Positions 49,220 to 60,227 are shown, numbered from the whole stretch's first letter. The stretch: 61,209 nucleotides of DNA, filler included, from 6 parts of 6 records of this genome joined end to end with filler, not necessarily neighbours in it; one strand, 5' to 3'. Made by a program: numbers and translations. Notes: generated by a model from the letters alone, not told the origin.

Positions 49220-52200
49220 GTGATTAAATACATTATAGAGTTTGGTTTAAAAAAACCTATACTCAACTATATGCTTTTACTTTTTATCTTTATCCTCTCG
49301 GTCTTTGCCTATTTAAAGATTCCAAAAGAGATTTTTCCAATCTCAACACTTGATGCTATCAATATTACAGGAACTTATGCAGGTGCAAGTAGTGATATTC
49401 TTGATCGTATGGCTGTCTCAAAAATAGAAGATGAGCTAGCTAATTTAAGTGAAGCAGATACTATCTCAACGGTTGTGAAAACTGGATACTTTAATATAAA
49501 GATCGATCTAAAAGATGGGAAAAATCTTTCAAAAACAATCGATGATGTAAAAGACATTATCTCTACTATACGATCAGACCTACCAAGTGATATGGATGAA
49601 CCTATCGTCAAAGAGGTAACCCAAGCCTTTCCGCTTATTACTGTTTCCATATCTGGTTCAGATTCTACTGAAGAGCTTTTAGATATAGCAGATGATATCA
49701 AAGCAAAACTCAATAGTTTAGGGGATTTAAGTGAACTCAATATTTGGGGGAAAAGTGATAAAGAACTTTTAATCACACTTGATGAGAAAAAAATAGAAAC
49801 CTATGGGTTTGATAAGCAAAACATAATTAACCTCATCTCTCAAACAAGCTCTATATTTCCCGCTGGAATCATAAAAGATAAAGGGATACACTATTATCTT
49901 AGCTCACAAAATGGAGAAAAAGATTTAAAAAAGATCTCCCAAACCCTTTTAAAAATCAATAATAAAACCATCTATTTAAAAGATATAGCAAAAGTAGAAT
50001 ATAAACTTGCAGATGTAAGTACACTTTCACATTTTAATGGGAAAAAAAATATCTCAATTGGGATAAATAAAGGGAAAACCGGAGATAGTATCACTCTTGT
50101 AAAGCAGATAAAACAGATACTAAAAGAGGAAGCTCCAAACTATAAAGGGATCACCTTTGATACTTATGGTGATACTTCTATTTGGATAAAGAATAGACTA
50201 AATACCGTTGTATCAAATATCCTTTTTGGAGTTATTCTACTTACTGTTGCTCTTTTTTTCTTTATCAATGCCAGAATAGCTTTTATAGTTGCTATTGGGA
50301 TACCAACAAGTTTTATGATAGGACTTATAAGTGCCGAACAACTTGGATATAGTCTCAATATGCTCTCTTTATTGGGTGCTTTACTTGCTCTTGGAATGCT
50401 GGTAGATGAAGCTATCGTTGTAGGAGAAAATATCTACCGTCATATGGAGATGGGGAAAGATAAAATGACAGCAGCTCTTGATGGAGCTGTGGAGATGTAT
50501 CCTGCTGTTTTAACAGCAACAGCAACAACAGTATTTGCTTTTTTACCAATTTTAATGATGACTGGAGAGACGGGAGTATTTATGAGAATACTCCCTATTA
50601 TGATCACTATTTTACTTCTAAGTTCCCTCTTAGAAGCTTTTTTCTTTTTACCCCTACATGCACAACATACATTAAAAGTAAATCATGAAGAGAAACGATC
50701 TGAACGTATTTGGGATTTTAATAAAAAGCTTTACTATTCAATTCTTTCTTTTGTACTACGATGGAAATATATAGCCGTTATACTTTTACTTTCAGTTATC
50801 ATTGGCTCTACAATATTTTTTGCAAAATTATTGAAATTTGAGTTTTTACCAGAGTTTGATTCAACACAGGTTTATATAAGTGGTTCAGTAGGAGTTGGTC
50901 ATGATATTAATGATACAGAGGAAAAGGTTCGTCATATTGAGAAAAAACTTCTTGAGAACTTTGAACTTGGACGAGATATTGATAGTTTTAGTTCCGTAAT
51001 GGGAGTAAAACTTGATGGGAAACAGCTTCCTCAAAATGAAGAATTTTATTTTCAATTCTTCGTCTCTTTAAAAGAGAGAGCACCTACAAATGTTTTTGAT
51101 AAATATATCAATCCATATTTAAGTCCTAAATATGATGCTACAGATATGACAAGAGAACTAAGCGCTCAAACCTTATCAGCACAAATCTCAAAAGTACTTG
51201 AAGAGGAGCAAAACTCACAAGAGTTTAGTGAATTAACCATTAGTGTGCCTGGAGCTGGTATCGTAAAATATGATATTGAGATATCTCTTAGTGGAGATGA
51301 TGATAAAAAACTCTCCCATGCAATCAAAACCCTTAAAAGTAAACTTAGCTCTATAAAAGGGGTTGAGAATATTGCAGATGATATTCTAGTAGGAAATCTT
51401 GATCTAAAATTTAGTGTTAATCATTATGGGCAACAACTAGGCTTCAATGAAACAACTCTAGTCAATACTTTAAAACCATACTATTTTAAAGGAACTTTTT
51501 CAAAGATGTATGATCAAAGTGGGATTGTAGATATTGTATTTCAAAGTAAAGATAAAGATCAAAAAGAGAGTCTAGATAGTTTTGAAGTGGTAGTTCCAAA
51601 TAGTACACAAAAAGTACTTTTAAAAGAGATTGTTGATTTTCAAACTTTCCCTAGCCTTTCACAAATATTTAAAGAGGATGGAACAGCGATCCAAACTATC
51701 ACAGCATCTTTAAATGGTATCACAAGTGAAGAGGTATTTGCCCAATTAGATCCTACATTAAAAGCTCTTGAAAAAGATGTAAGAATAGATATCAAAGGGG
51801 AAGAGAAAGAGAATCAAAAAGTAAAAACAGAAATGATGCAAGCATTTATCATCGCTCTGATCTTAATCTTTATCTCACTTGTATGGATGTTTGATTCACT
51901 TATAAAATCATTTATCATTTTAAGTACTATTCCTCTTTCAGTACTAGGAGTACTTGTGGGACATTTTGTTATGGGACTTAATCTTAGTATGCCAGGGCTG
52001 ATTGGAATTGTAGGACTTGCAGGAGTTGTGGTAAATGATGGGATCATTATGATGGATTTTATTAAAAAGGCCAAAGATCTTGAAGAGATGAAACAACTTG
52101 CACTTTTACGTCTTCGACCAATTTTACTTACTTCACTTACTACACTTTTAGGACTCTGTACCCTGATATTTTTTGCCTCAGGACAATCTTTGATCCTACA

Positions 52201-52306
52201 ACCTATGGCAGTAGCGTTAGGATTTGGTATCCTTTGGGCTACTATCTTAAATCTTTATTATGTACCTATGGTTTATAGAATTATCTATTTACGAAAAGCT
52301 TCCTAG
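49220..52306 (+). CDS. AcrB/RND-family permease
   Basis: 1028 aa; GMLVDEAIVVGENI, GVVVNDGI, RLRPILLTSLTT, QPMAVALGFG. Confidence 0.94.
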   Translation: MIKYIIEFGLKKPILNYMLLLFIFILSVFAYLKIPKEIFPISTLDAINITGTYAGASSDILDRMAVSKIEDELANLSEADTISTVVKTGYFNIKIDLKDGKNLSKTIDDVKDIISTIRSDLPSDMDEPIVKEVTQAFPLITVSISGSDSTEELLDIADDIKAKLNSLGDLSELNIWGKSDKELLITLDEKKIETYGFDKQNIINLISQTSSIFPAGIIKDKGIHYYLSSQNGEKDLKKISQTLLKINNKTIYLKDIAKVEYKLADVSTLSHFNGKKNISIGINKGKTGDSITLVKQIKQILKEEAPNYKGITFDTYGDTSIWIKNRLNTVVSNILFGVILLTVALFFFINARIAFIVAIGIPTSFMIGLISAEQLGYSLNMLSLLGALLALGMLVDEAIVVGENIYRHMEMGKDKMTAALDGAVEMYPAVLTATATTVFAFLPILMMTGETGVFMRILPIMITILLLSSLLEAFFFLPLHAQHTLKVNHEEKRSERIWDFNKKLYYSILSFVLRWKYIAVILLLSVIIGSTIFFAKLLKFEFLPEFDSTQVYISGSVGVGHDINDTEEKVRHIEKKLLENFELGRDIDSFSSVMGVKLDGKQLPQNEEFYFQFFVSLKERAPTNVFDKYINPYLSPKYDATDMTRELSAQTLSAQISKVLEEEQNSQEFSELTISVPGAGIVKYDIEISLSGDDDKKLSHAIKTLKSKLSSIKGVENIADDILVGNLDLKFSVNHYGQQLGFNETTLVNTLKPYYFKGTFSKMYDQSGIVDIVFQSKDKDQKESLDSFEVVVPNSTQKVLLKEIVDFQTFPSLSQIFKEDGTAIQTITASLNGITSEEVFAQLDPTLKALEKDVRIDIKGEEKENQKVKTEMMQAFIIALILIFISLVWMFDSLIKSFIILSTIPLSVLGVLVGHFVMGLNLSMPGLIGIVGLAGVVVNDGIIMMDFIKKAKDLEEMKQLALLRLRPILLTSLTTLLGLCTLIFFASGQSLILQPMAVALGFGILWATILNLYYVPMVYRIIYLRKAS

Positions 52307-52330
52307 GATAAACACTTTTTCTGTAAGGAT

Positions 52331-53230
52331 ATGAATAAAAGAATCTTAATACTTGGCTCAAACGGTTATCTAGGATCCCATCTTTGTAAATATCTAAAAC
52401 AGTATACTGGACACTTTTTAATAGGAGTTTCTAAAGGAGAGATACGAAATACTTTTGTCGATCAATATCTCTCTTTAGACCTTTCAAACAAAAGAGACCT
52501 AAAAGAACTTTATCCTCTTTCTTTTGATCTAGTTTTTGACTTTATCTCTTATATACAACCAAATGAATATAATTTAATGATACAAGATATTGAAAAGCGA
52601 TTAGAAAACTTTTATTCTCTAGTAACTACTCTTGTTAAAAACAAACCTCTTATCTTTATCTCTAGTGCTGGAACAGTCTATGGGAATACTACTAAAACCT
52701 GTATAGAAGAAGCTCCTACAAATGGATTAAGTCCCTATGCAAAACAAAAGATTCTCCAAGAGGAGTTTTTATTAAAACATCATCCCCTTACAACCATTCT
52801 TCGAGTAACAAATCCATATGGAGAAAATCAAATAGTAAAACATGGTGTTGGTTTTGTAGCTAGAGCGTTACATTGTATTAAAACTGGAGAACCATTAGTT
52901 TTAAGTGTCCCTATTGAAACAAGTAGAAACTATATCTATATCAATGACGTGATCAAAACATTTGATTTTTTTATAAATAATACTCATTATGGACAAATCT
53001 ATAATATAGCCTCAAAAAGTAGTTTATCTCTAGCAGAAGTGATCCAAAAAATTGAACTTTTTACACAAAAAAAGATGAATATCCATCTTAAAAACAAAAA
53101 TTTTGATGAGATACAATACATCAAACACAATATTGTCTCAAATCAAAAGCTATCCCTTTTACTAGATACCAAAAAATTTTATAGCTTTGATCAATTTATA
53201 AGTGAGTATATCTCCAAACCTCATCATTGA
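52331..53230 (+). CDS. NAD-dependent epimerase/dehydratase
   Basis: ILGSNGYLG, ISSAGTVYG, SPYAKQK, LRVTNPYG, RNYIYIND. Confidence 0.85.
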   Translation: MNKRILILGSNGYLGSHLCKYLKQYTGHFLIGVSKGEIRNTFVDQYLSLDLSNKRDLKELYPLSFDLVFDFISYIQPNEYNLMIQDIEKRLENFYSLVTTLVKNKPLIFISSAGTVYGNTTKTCIEEAPTNGLSPYAKQKILQEEFLLKHHPLTTILRVTNPYGENQIVKHGVGFVARALHCIKTGEPLVLSVPIETSRNYIYINDVIKTFDFFINNTHYGQIYNIASKSSLSLAEVIQKIELFTQKKMNIHLKNKNFDEIQYIKHNIVSNQKLSLLLDTKKFYSFDQFISEYISKPHH

Positions 53231-54231
53231 AAATGTTTTTTATTTTCTAAAAGATATTTTTGAAGCTCCTTTGGAGTTGATATATAATACTTTTGATCAC
53301 CTTTTACAACATTTTCAATAAATACTTTATGATTATAAAAACTATTTAGATGGGAATTAGTATCTTTAAAACAAACATATCTATTATTTTCTATCTTATT
53401 TGAGATACCATCAATGTACCATAAAGCAAAAAATCCATCAAGTCCACCATCTAAAAGTAAAGACCACTTACCCTTTATGATATTTGTATCTTGTAGTTTA
53501 TTATTGAGATGAAAATGGGTTGGGGTAAAGTATGATATATCTATATTATTATTTTTACAAAAACTATCTATGGCGATAAGAGCCTCTATCCCCTCTTTGG
53601 TATAAAACTGCTTTGTAGGTTTTGCAGTAAATTTTTCAGGTACTAAGCAGCTTTCATACTTATCTGATCTTATCATGGCTCCTTGATCATTCATATAATA
53701 AGAATAGCCAAAAAGATTATATGATATATCCACAATGGTATCTGTGATCTTTTTAAAATCTAGACTTAATAGATGTTTGATTTTATAAAATAGTTTATCT
53801 TCATCATACACCTGTTTTATATATCTTGAAAAGATATCTTTTTGATCATACCCATTTAAACAATGATCATCAACTAAGTAATAAACCCTATGGATATTTT
53901 TAATCTGCTTAGAGTCTAACTGCTTGAAAAACTCTAAAACACTAATAGAGTTTCCATATAATGACGCAAAATTTAAAATAGGAATACCTGATCCATCATA
54001 GTGCAATTGTTGTGATCTTGATGTGCCAAGGACTAAAGAGTATTGTTGTTCCCCTTTTAACATATTAAAAAGTTTTGTAGTCTCTAACTCACTGGTATAT
54101 CTAAACTTTTTCTCTGTTAAACTTGAACCAACCACTTGATAAGGATCGATCAAAACTTCAAGAGTTATAAATAAAAGATAAAAGCTAAAAAAGCTATAGA
54201 AAAATAGTTTGATCCATCTTTTTGCTACCAT
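53224..54231 (-). CDS. periplasmic partner of the MBOAT, probable SGNH-like acyltransferase
   Basis: N-terminal TM plus IDPY, LVLGTSRS, FKDTNSH; directly downstream of the MBOAT. Confidence 0.6.
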   Translation of the reverse strand: MVAKRWIKLFFYSFFSFYLLFITLEVLIDPYQVVGSSLTEKKFRYTSELETTKLFNMLKGEQQYSLVLGTSRSQQLHYDGSGIPILNFASLYGNSISVLEFFKQLDSKQIKNIHRVYYLVDDHCLNGYDQKDIFSRYIKQVYDEDKLFYKIKHLLSLDFKKITDTIVDISYNLFGYSYYMNDQGAMIRSDKYESCLVPEKFTAKPTKQFYTKEGIEALIAIDSFCKNNNIDISYFTPTHFHLNNKLQDTNIIKGKWSLLLDGGLDGFFALWYIDGISNKIENNRYVCFKDTNSHLNSFYNHKVFIENVVKGDQKYYISTPKELQKYLLENKKHFQ

Positions 54232-54246
54232 TCTCCTTATCCTTTT

Positions 54247-54981
54247 TTAAAAATTAAAATATAAAAACTCTGAGGTTTTATTAAATGATAAAAATGTGAT
54301 CAGAAAAAGTATAAGAGTATAAAACAATGAACCATATCCAACTTTAAACTTTTTTAACATCTCATTTGAATTTTTAAATACTAAAACTACTATAAGAAGA
54401 AAAAGAAGGAATGTCCACACAGGATAAAAATGGTCACCTTGTGCATTCCCTATAAAACCACCAAAAATAAGACCATAAGGTTTTGACAGAACCTGCTCAT
54501 TTTCATACACATAAGGGATAAAAACCCCACCTAATCCTATCATTCCTCCTAAAACTCTTCTTATATCATCCCAATCATTGGCTCTAAAAAAGACCCAAGT
54601 AATATTTATAAAATTAAAAGTGATCAACCAAGCAAACCAACCCCACATTTGAATCCCTAATTTACTCCAAAGTCTATGTACCACTAAAGCAATACCATGC
54701 AAAAAACCCCAAAGTATAAAAGTCCAGCCAGCACCATGCCAAACACCTGCTAGAATAAAGGTCACCATCAAATTATTATAAGTTTGAAACTCCCCTTTTC
54801 TATTTCCACCTAATGGGATATAGATATAATCTTTTAAAAAGCGAGAAAGGGTCATATGCCATCTTCTCCAAAACTCTTGAATATTTGCAGCTTTATAAGG
54901 ACTGTTAAAATTGATAGGTAATCGGATATTAAATAAAAGAGCCAATCCTATTGCCATATCAGTATATCCACTAAAATCAAA
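54247..54981 (-). CDS. MBOAT O-acyltransferase, AlgI/DltB-like (5'-truncated)
   Basis: FDFSGYTDMAIG, NFNSPY, FWRRWHMTLS, YIPLGGNR, GVWHGAGWTF, FLYFNF. Confidence 0.95.
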   Translation of the reverse strand, partial: FDFSGYTDMAIGLALLFNIRLPINFNSPYKAANIQEFWRRWHMTLSRFLKDYIYIPLGGNRKGEFQTYNNLMVTFILAGVWHGAGWTFILWGFLHGIALVVHRLWSKLGIQMWGWFAWLITFNFINITWVFFRANDWDDIRRVLGGMIGLGGVFIPYVYENEQVLSKPYGLIFGGFIGNAQGDHFYPVWTFLLFLLIVVLVFKNSNEMLKKFKVGYGSLFYTLILFLITFLSFNKTSEFLYFNF

Positions 54982-54982
54982 A

Positions 54983-55082
54983 NNNNNNNNNNNNNNNNNN
55001 NNNNNNNNNNNNNNNNNNNNNNNNNNTTAATTAATTAANNNNNNNNNNNNNNNNNNNNNNNNNNNNNNNNNNNNNNNNNNNN
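54983..55082. other. artificial contig linker
   Basis: N-run with TTAATTAATTAA. Confidence 0.99.
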
Positions 55083-55087
55083 ACAGG

Positions 55088-56008
55088 ATGCTTCACTATC
55101 TGAAAAGCCGGGGCTTCCGTGCGGCTCTCCTTCTCACCTGGGGATCGGTCATGAGCTACTATAAGACACGGGTGAAAGGGAACCGTTATCTGGGCGAGTT
55201 GATTCGGAATGTGACCCCGATAAACCTGTGGAAGTTTATTTCCAGAAAGGTGAAGAAACTGCCCCGGGAGCTTGATTTCTGTATCCTTGGTGGTAGACGA
55301 CTCTTAAGGAGTGATTTTGAGGCGGTAAATTTTTCCCGGACTATTGAAGCACACGGCCACACTTATGAACAGTATCTACTGGAAATCTCGAATTCCGACC
55401 AGAAGAATCCTGCTGGTAATTCCGCGGAAGGGCCTGTCGTTTTTATTGATCAGGCTTTGACAACCCATCCGGATGCGGCCGGGCGTTTTAGGCAGTATAC
55501 CCGAAAGTATATGGTTGATTTGAACCGAACCCTTGATAACCTGGAATCTTTGACCGGCAGGAAAGTTTTTGTCTGTCCCCATCCAAGGGGCGATATCAAG
55601 GGAGACGGGTGCTGGGAAAAATACGGTAGATTGATCTGGAGGGGAAGCACATTTGACGGGATCCAATCCGCTTCTCTGGTGGTCGGCCATTTTTCTGAGG
55701 CTATGGGTTGGGCTGTTCTGATGAATAAACCGATTATAACTCTTTCCTCTAATGAAGCCTACTTTCGGGATTGGAATATGAAAACGACCATCTTTGCTGG
55801 AGAGACTGGCTCTCCTGTTTTTTCTCTATCCGATGGAGATGGGAAGGGGCGTTTTCATTTGAACAGCGTTTACAATATAAATGAAACAAAATACAGTGAA
55901 TATATTGGATCCTATATTTCCTTGCTGCCGAATGATAAGAGGCAGAATGTCGATATCGTAGCTGAAGCTCTGAACATCAAACTTCGTGAGGACAAATTCA
56001 ATGGCTAA
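55088..56008 (+). CDS. polysaccharide biosynthesis protein (GT-B-like, probably 5'-truncated)
   Basis: VFIDQ, CPHPR, LVVGHFS...AV.MNKP motifs; polysaccharide-gene context. Confidence 0.5.
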   Translation: MLHYLKSRGFRAALLLTWGSVMSYYKTRVKGNRYLGELIRNVTPINLWKFISRKVKKLPRELDFCILGGRRLLRSDFEAVNFSRTIEAHGHTYEQYLLEISNSDQKNPAGNSAEGPVVFIDQALTTHPDAAGRFRQYTRKYMVDLNRTLDNLESLTGRKVFVCPHPRGDIKGDGCWEKYGRLIWRGSTFDGIQSASLVVGHFSEAMGWAVLMNKPIITLSSNEAYFRDWNMKTTIFAGETGSPVFSLSDGDGKGRFHLNSVYNINETKYSEYIGSYISLLPNDKRQNVDIVAEALNIKLREDKFNG

Positions 56009-56891
56009 AAAGCGAGGTAACCTCCTTCAACGATTAAAGGGATATATTAATCGTCTTTTACCTGACTATTTCTATTTCCTTTTCAGATTTAGAAAATATA
56101 TGGGACGATTTCCCCACATCAAAGCACCAAAAACTTTTAATGAAAAGCTCATTTGGCTCTGTTTGTATGATCGTAATCCTCTACGCACTATTCTTGCTGA
56201 TAAATATTCGGTAAGGGAGTATGTAAAGGAGCGGGTGGGATCTCTGTATCTGAATGAAATGATCGGAATGTACTACAGTCCTGATGAGATTGATTTCGAC
56301 ACTCTTCCCGACTCTTTCGTTTTAAAAGGAGTTCACGGATCTCAATGGAACATCCTATGCGAAGATAAGTCGACCCTGAATTATGAGAAAACCCGACAGA
56401 AAATAGCCGGCTGGCTGAAGCGGAACTACTATTATGATCACCGGGAATGGCAGTATAAAGATATACGACCGGGTGTAATCTGTGAGAAATTCCTGACAGA
56501 TAGGACGGGAGAGTTACGGGATTACAAGATTTTCTGTTTTGATGGTATCCCCAGGTTCATTCAGCTCCATTTTGGCCGCTTCGGAATCCACCATCTTCTT
56601 CATTTTGATATTGAGTGGAACTTAATTCCCGTTTCTCGCACCGGATACCCTGTGGCCGAACTCTCTATCAAAAAGCCGGAGAAGCTGAATGAAATGCTGG
56701 AGGTCGCCACTAAACTGGCTCGAGGATGGAATTTTGTTAGAGTGGATCTCTATCTCCTGAATGAAGAGAAAGTTCTTTTCGGAGAGATGACTTTTACTCC
56801 TGCGGGCAGTAAGGGAAAACTGGAGCCTGAATCCTACGATGAGCTTTGGGGCTCCTGGATTGATTTATCGATGAGCAAAAAGAGTTATTAA
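56001..56891 (+). CDS. TupA-like ATP-grasp amidoligase (surface polysaccharide modification)
   Basis: PKTFNEKL.WL, LADKYSVREYV, LPDSFVLK..HGS, EWQYKDI, DYKIFCF, FVRVDLY, FGEMTFTP. Confidence 0.9.
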   Translation: MAKKRGNLLQRLKGYINRLLPDYFYFLFRFRKYMGRFPHIKAPKTFNEKLIWLCLYDRNPLRTILADKYSVREYVKERVGSLYLNEMIGMYYSPDEIDFDTLPDSFVLKGVHGSQWNILCEDKSTLNYEKTRQKIAGWLKRNYYYDHREWQYKDIRPGVICEKFLTDRTGELRDYKIFCFDGIPRFIQLHFGRFGIHHLLHFDIEWNLIPVSRTGYPVAELSIKKPEKLNEMLEVATKLARGWNFVRVDLYLLNEEKVLFGEMTFTPAGSKGKLEPESYDELWGSWIDLSMSKKSY

Positions 56892-58342
56892 AAAAGTTTT
56901 ATACCCACTCCGGTCCCGATATTGAAAACAGGTTCACCGTTTTCGATATCGACCATCAGGCTGGTATAAGCATTCATATTGTTTTTAAACATCCAGCTGC
57001 CGCTTACACCAAGCCGGAAGATATGGGAGATTGGCTCCTGAAGGATTATCCAGTTATCATAGGGCGCTGAGTACTCCCCCTCCTCTTCGAAGCTTCCCTT
57101 CGCCATATATTCGAAATAAAACTCTCCCTGGAAGGGGTGGGAATCCCAGCATAACTCCACACGCTCGATCAGTGAGTCCGGACCGTAGGCCGCCCCGAAA
57201 TAGGTTGTCACATACCTGTCCTTTGACTCCATCCACATATAATAGAGAGGATTTGTAAACTCTCCGATTGTCCCTATCTCGTCATTCCTGCCGTATAGAT
57301 ACCGACTGGTCCAGAGGCTTTCCAGCCTGAACACCAATCCCCCGTTGAATTCAAAATCATCTTCCTTCAGTCTGTGATCTTCTGCCTCCAGCAGAGGGTT
57401 GTCAAATTTCTCCCCCTCCAGTATCTGCCACTGAAACCCGAGAATCGCTCCCATGGCTCCGGGGTTTGAGTTAACAGATTCAAAACTCACCTGAAAATCA
57501 TCAATAAGCCACTCCCCGTAGAGCCGGAAATTTGGAGTTATTAAACCTTCAGCCGCGAGTCCAAGCATAACATTGTGATCCTCCGAACCCTGATAATTGG
57601 AATGGTAGACCAGGACGGCTCCCAGATCCTGAAAGTTGGGGAAATGGTTGGAGATCAGGGTATAATCCATAATGGAAGCCCTGAATCGAGGGCGGACATA
57701 GGAGAACCGTTTGGCGGCAAAAGTCTTCCAGCCGTTGGATCCTTCCTCGTAGTAATCACTGCCATCATCCGGATCCCAATAATACTCAACCGCGCGATAG
57801 TCGGTGGATATGACAACGAAGTTGTATTCCAGTCGGCCTTTTTTATCCCAGGCACCGAAACCCGCAGGAAACTTCCCCTCCAGCCAGAAATTATCAAAGT
57901 AGGGGGCGAGGCCGGAAATTCCAAGTCCGTAGTAACCTGGTCCCCAGTCCAGCTTTCTTCGACCGAAGGACGCGGTAATAAAGTCATTCCTGTACTCAAG
58001 GTAGCCTGTCTGCGGGTAATTGGGATCCGCATAGTAATCGCTGCCGTCTATATAGGGGAAATTTGTGTTGGTGCTGTAGATTAAATCGGCCATAAGGTCC
58101 GTTCGGAGTTCCAGCTGCAGAAAGGTTCGGAAACCTGATTTTTCCAGATCAAGGGCCAGGGAGAGGAGAGGAGGTCGATCGTACCAGTCATAGAATTCCT
58201 TCAGGCTCGGTTCGACTTTCTCCTCATCATGGACCGCGTCATCCCATCGAAGGAAGGGAAAAAAGTCCATTGACAGCTGGGCGAAAACCCCGGAAATCGA
58301 GACCGTAAAAAAAAGAACACAAAATAATCGGTTTTTCAACAT
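56888..58342 (-). CDS. Wzi-like outer-membrane beta-barrel (capsule assembly family)
   Basis: Signal peptide, FGRRKLDWGPG, LYGEWLIDD, GAAYGPDS, C-terminal F. Confidence 0.6.
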   Translation of the reverse strand: MLKNRLFCVLFFTVSISGVFAQLSMDFFPFLRWDDAVHDEEKVEPSLKEFYDWYDRPPLLSLALDLEKSGFRTFLQLELRTDLMADLIYSTNTNFPYIDGSDYYADPNYPQTGYLEYRNDFITASFGRRKLDWGPGYYGLGISGLAPYFDNFWLEGKFPAGFGAWDKKGRLEYNFVVISTDYRAVEYYWDPDDGSDYYEEGSNGWKTFAAKRFSYVRPRFRASIMDYTLISNHFPNFQDLGAVLVYHSNYQGSEDHNVMLGLAAEGLITPNFRLYGEWLIDDFQVSFESVNSNPGAMGAILGFQWQILEGEKFDNPLLEAEDHRLKEDDFEFNGGLVFRLESLWTSRYLYGRNDEIGTIGEFTNPLYYMWMESKDRYVTTYFGAAYGPDSLIERVELCWDSHPFQGEFYFEYMAKGSFEEEGEYSAPYDNWIILQEPISHIFRLGVSGSWMFKNNMNAYTSLMVDIENGEPVFNIGTGVGIKLF

Positions 58343-58377
58343 CCTTAACTTTTCCCCTTTTGGACTTGATAATCGTC

Positions 58378-60222
58378 TTACGGAAAAATCGTCACACTTA
58401 AGGCGACAACATTTGACATGACAGGATCCGGCTGAACAACCTCGTATCCGTTTAACTCCCAATAGGTATAGGAGAGAAAGTAGGTAAGGCCTATTTCCAG
58501 GGGCAGCTCTCCAAATGCGTATTCCGCCGAAACACTTATGATATTATTCCAGTCGTAGACACCATCGTTGAGGAAATCCTTGTCCGGGTATTCATCGATA
58601 TGGGAGTAGCTGATGGCCCGGTTAATGTCGCCATAGATAAGGTATGAACCCGATTCATAATCGTTTGTCCCGTGGCGGATAAGCTGATATTTGAGCTCTG
58701 CCTTCAGGTTGGGCAGGGGAAGGGAGGAGAGTTTAACGAGGAACTCATCGGAGTTGGGTGGAAGGTAGTATCCAAGATTAAGACCATCATGGGTGTAAGC
58801 CAGTCCGACTTCGATCCCCTGATAGGTGGGATAGTTACTTTCTGAATAGTGGGTATAGGTAAAGGGTTCGATCTTCGTGTATTGAAGGGTCAGGACGCCG
58901 AAGGGGATTCCCGGTACTGCTACCTTAAGTCCCCCCTGGTAGGCGAACATATTACGGACGTCTGTAAAAAATGTGTCTAAACCAAAGTTTGATATCTCGT
59001 CTACGAACCAGGTTCCGTAGAGCTTCGAATCAAAGGGTAGCTGGGAGGCGAAGCCGACGCTTAAGTTGACGTTATCCATATCCCCGCTAAACTCCTGGGA
59101 TATAAAGGGCATAAGCATGGGGCTAAGGTAAGCCATTTCGAACCTCTTTCCCCAGATGGCTGCGGAGTTCATATTCAAAGACAACCAGGACCAGGGTCTA
59201 ACCTCAAACTGCTGAAGGGAGATCATCTTCTGTTCCGAATCGTAGCTGTTGTCTGAGTCGGTATCTTCCAGGTCATCATCATCGATATCCGGATCGTCCC
59301 GTCCTATCCGGGAGTCGACAAACCAGTCTCCCAGGGAGCCGACGATAAAGGCGTAGGAGAACCAGGGGACCGGTTCCAGCATTGTTTCTATCCCTTCAAA
59401 AGAGGAGGCTGTTCCCGAGAGGAAGAGAGAGCCGTCGCCGTGTCCCCATTCCCTGTCGAACTTTCCGGAACGGAGGATGAGATCTCCATCAAAAAAAACA
59501 GATGCTATTTCATCCTGGGCCTGAAGGGCGGCGGAAAAGCTGTCGCTTACCCCATCGCTCAGGTCGCTTCCGTCGAAGGTTATGTGGTGGCCGTCCCAGG
59601 TTTTTACATACTGATAGGGGGCAAAACAGCCAGGGCCTGTGTAGTCATCGGTTGTGTAGAACTGGACTTCTCCGTCTAATATATAGTAGTCCGGTCCACC
59701 GTAGATGGCATCGGTGTTCCTGTAAAAAAGATCCGGCGCAATGATATCCAGACTGCCGCCCATGACAGCCTTGTAAGAAACATTGTCTGCGATATCTCCT
59801 TCCATATATGCCCTCAGAGCATTTGAGCTGTGAACGGAGTCGGTGTTATTGAAGTTAAGACGTTCATCAAAATCCAGCTGTATGCCGGCTGTGAACTCCC
59901 CGAGCTTTCCCTCATCCTGGAATTTACCGTATTCAAGCCCCGATTTAACTTCTGTTAAGCCGGCAATGGTGTTTTCCAGAATTGACTGTTCGACGGGGGA
60001 GAGGAGTTCTTTTTTTTCATAAATATCATCCAGATAGCCCAACACGACACTCTCAGGGTAAGGTTTTACCAGGGAGGTCTGTGGGATAATTCCTCTCCCG
60101 ACACAGGTTTCCAGGAGGATGTAAACCGGATCATCCAGGTCGATGGATAAATGGGTCTGGGCGGCCAGGGGCGCACCGATCGGCACAAAGAGGAGTGCCA
60201 GTATAAATAAAATAATCGTCAT
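58378..60222 (-). CDS. Wzi-like outer-membrane protein
   Basis: Signal peptide, KPY, DREWGHG.GSL.LS, YLSP, DMDN, YGTWFVDE, YTKIEPFTYTH, LGYYLPPNSDE. Confidence 0.65.
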   Translation of the reverse strand: MTIILFILALLFVPIGAPLAAQTHLSIDLDDPVYILLETCVGRGIIPQTSLVKPYPESVVLGYLDDIYEKKELLSPVEQSILENTIAGLTEVKSGLEYGKFQDEGKLGEFTAGIQLDFDERLNFNNTDSVHSSNALRAYMEGDIADNVSYKAVMGGSLDIIAPDLFYRNTDAIYGGPDYYILDGEVQFYTTDDYTGPGCFAPYQYVKTWDGHHITFDGSDLSDGVSDSFSAALQAQDEIASVFFDGDLILRSGKFDREWGHGDGSLFLSGTASSFEGIETMLEPVPWFSYAFIVGSLGDWFVDSRIGRDDPDIDDDDLEDTDSDNSYDSEQKMISLQQFEVRPWSWLSLNMNSAAIWGKRFEMAYLSPMLMPFISQEFSGDMDNVNLSVGFASQLPFDSKLYGTWFVDEISNFGLDTFFTDVRNMFAYQGGLKVAVPGIPFGVLTLQYTKIEPFTYTHYSESNYPTYQGIEVGLAYTHDGLNLGYYLPPNSDEFLVKLSSLPLPNLKAELKYQLIRHGTNDYESGSYLIYGDINRAISYSHIDEYPDKDFLNDGVYDWNNIISVSAEYAFGELPLEIGLTYFLSYTYWELNGYEVVQPDPVMSNVVALSVTIFP

Positions 60223-60227
60223 GATTC

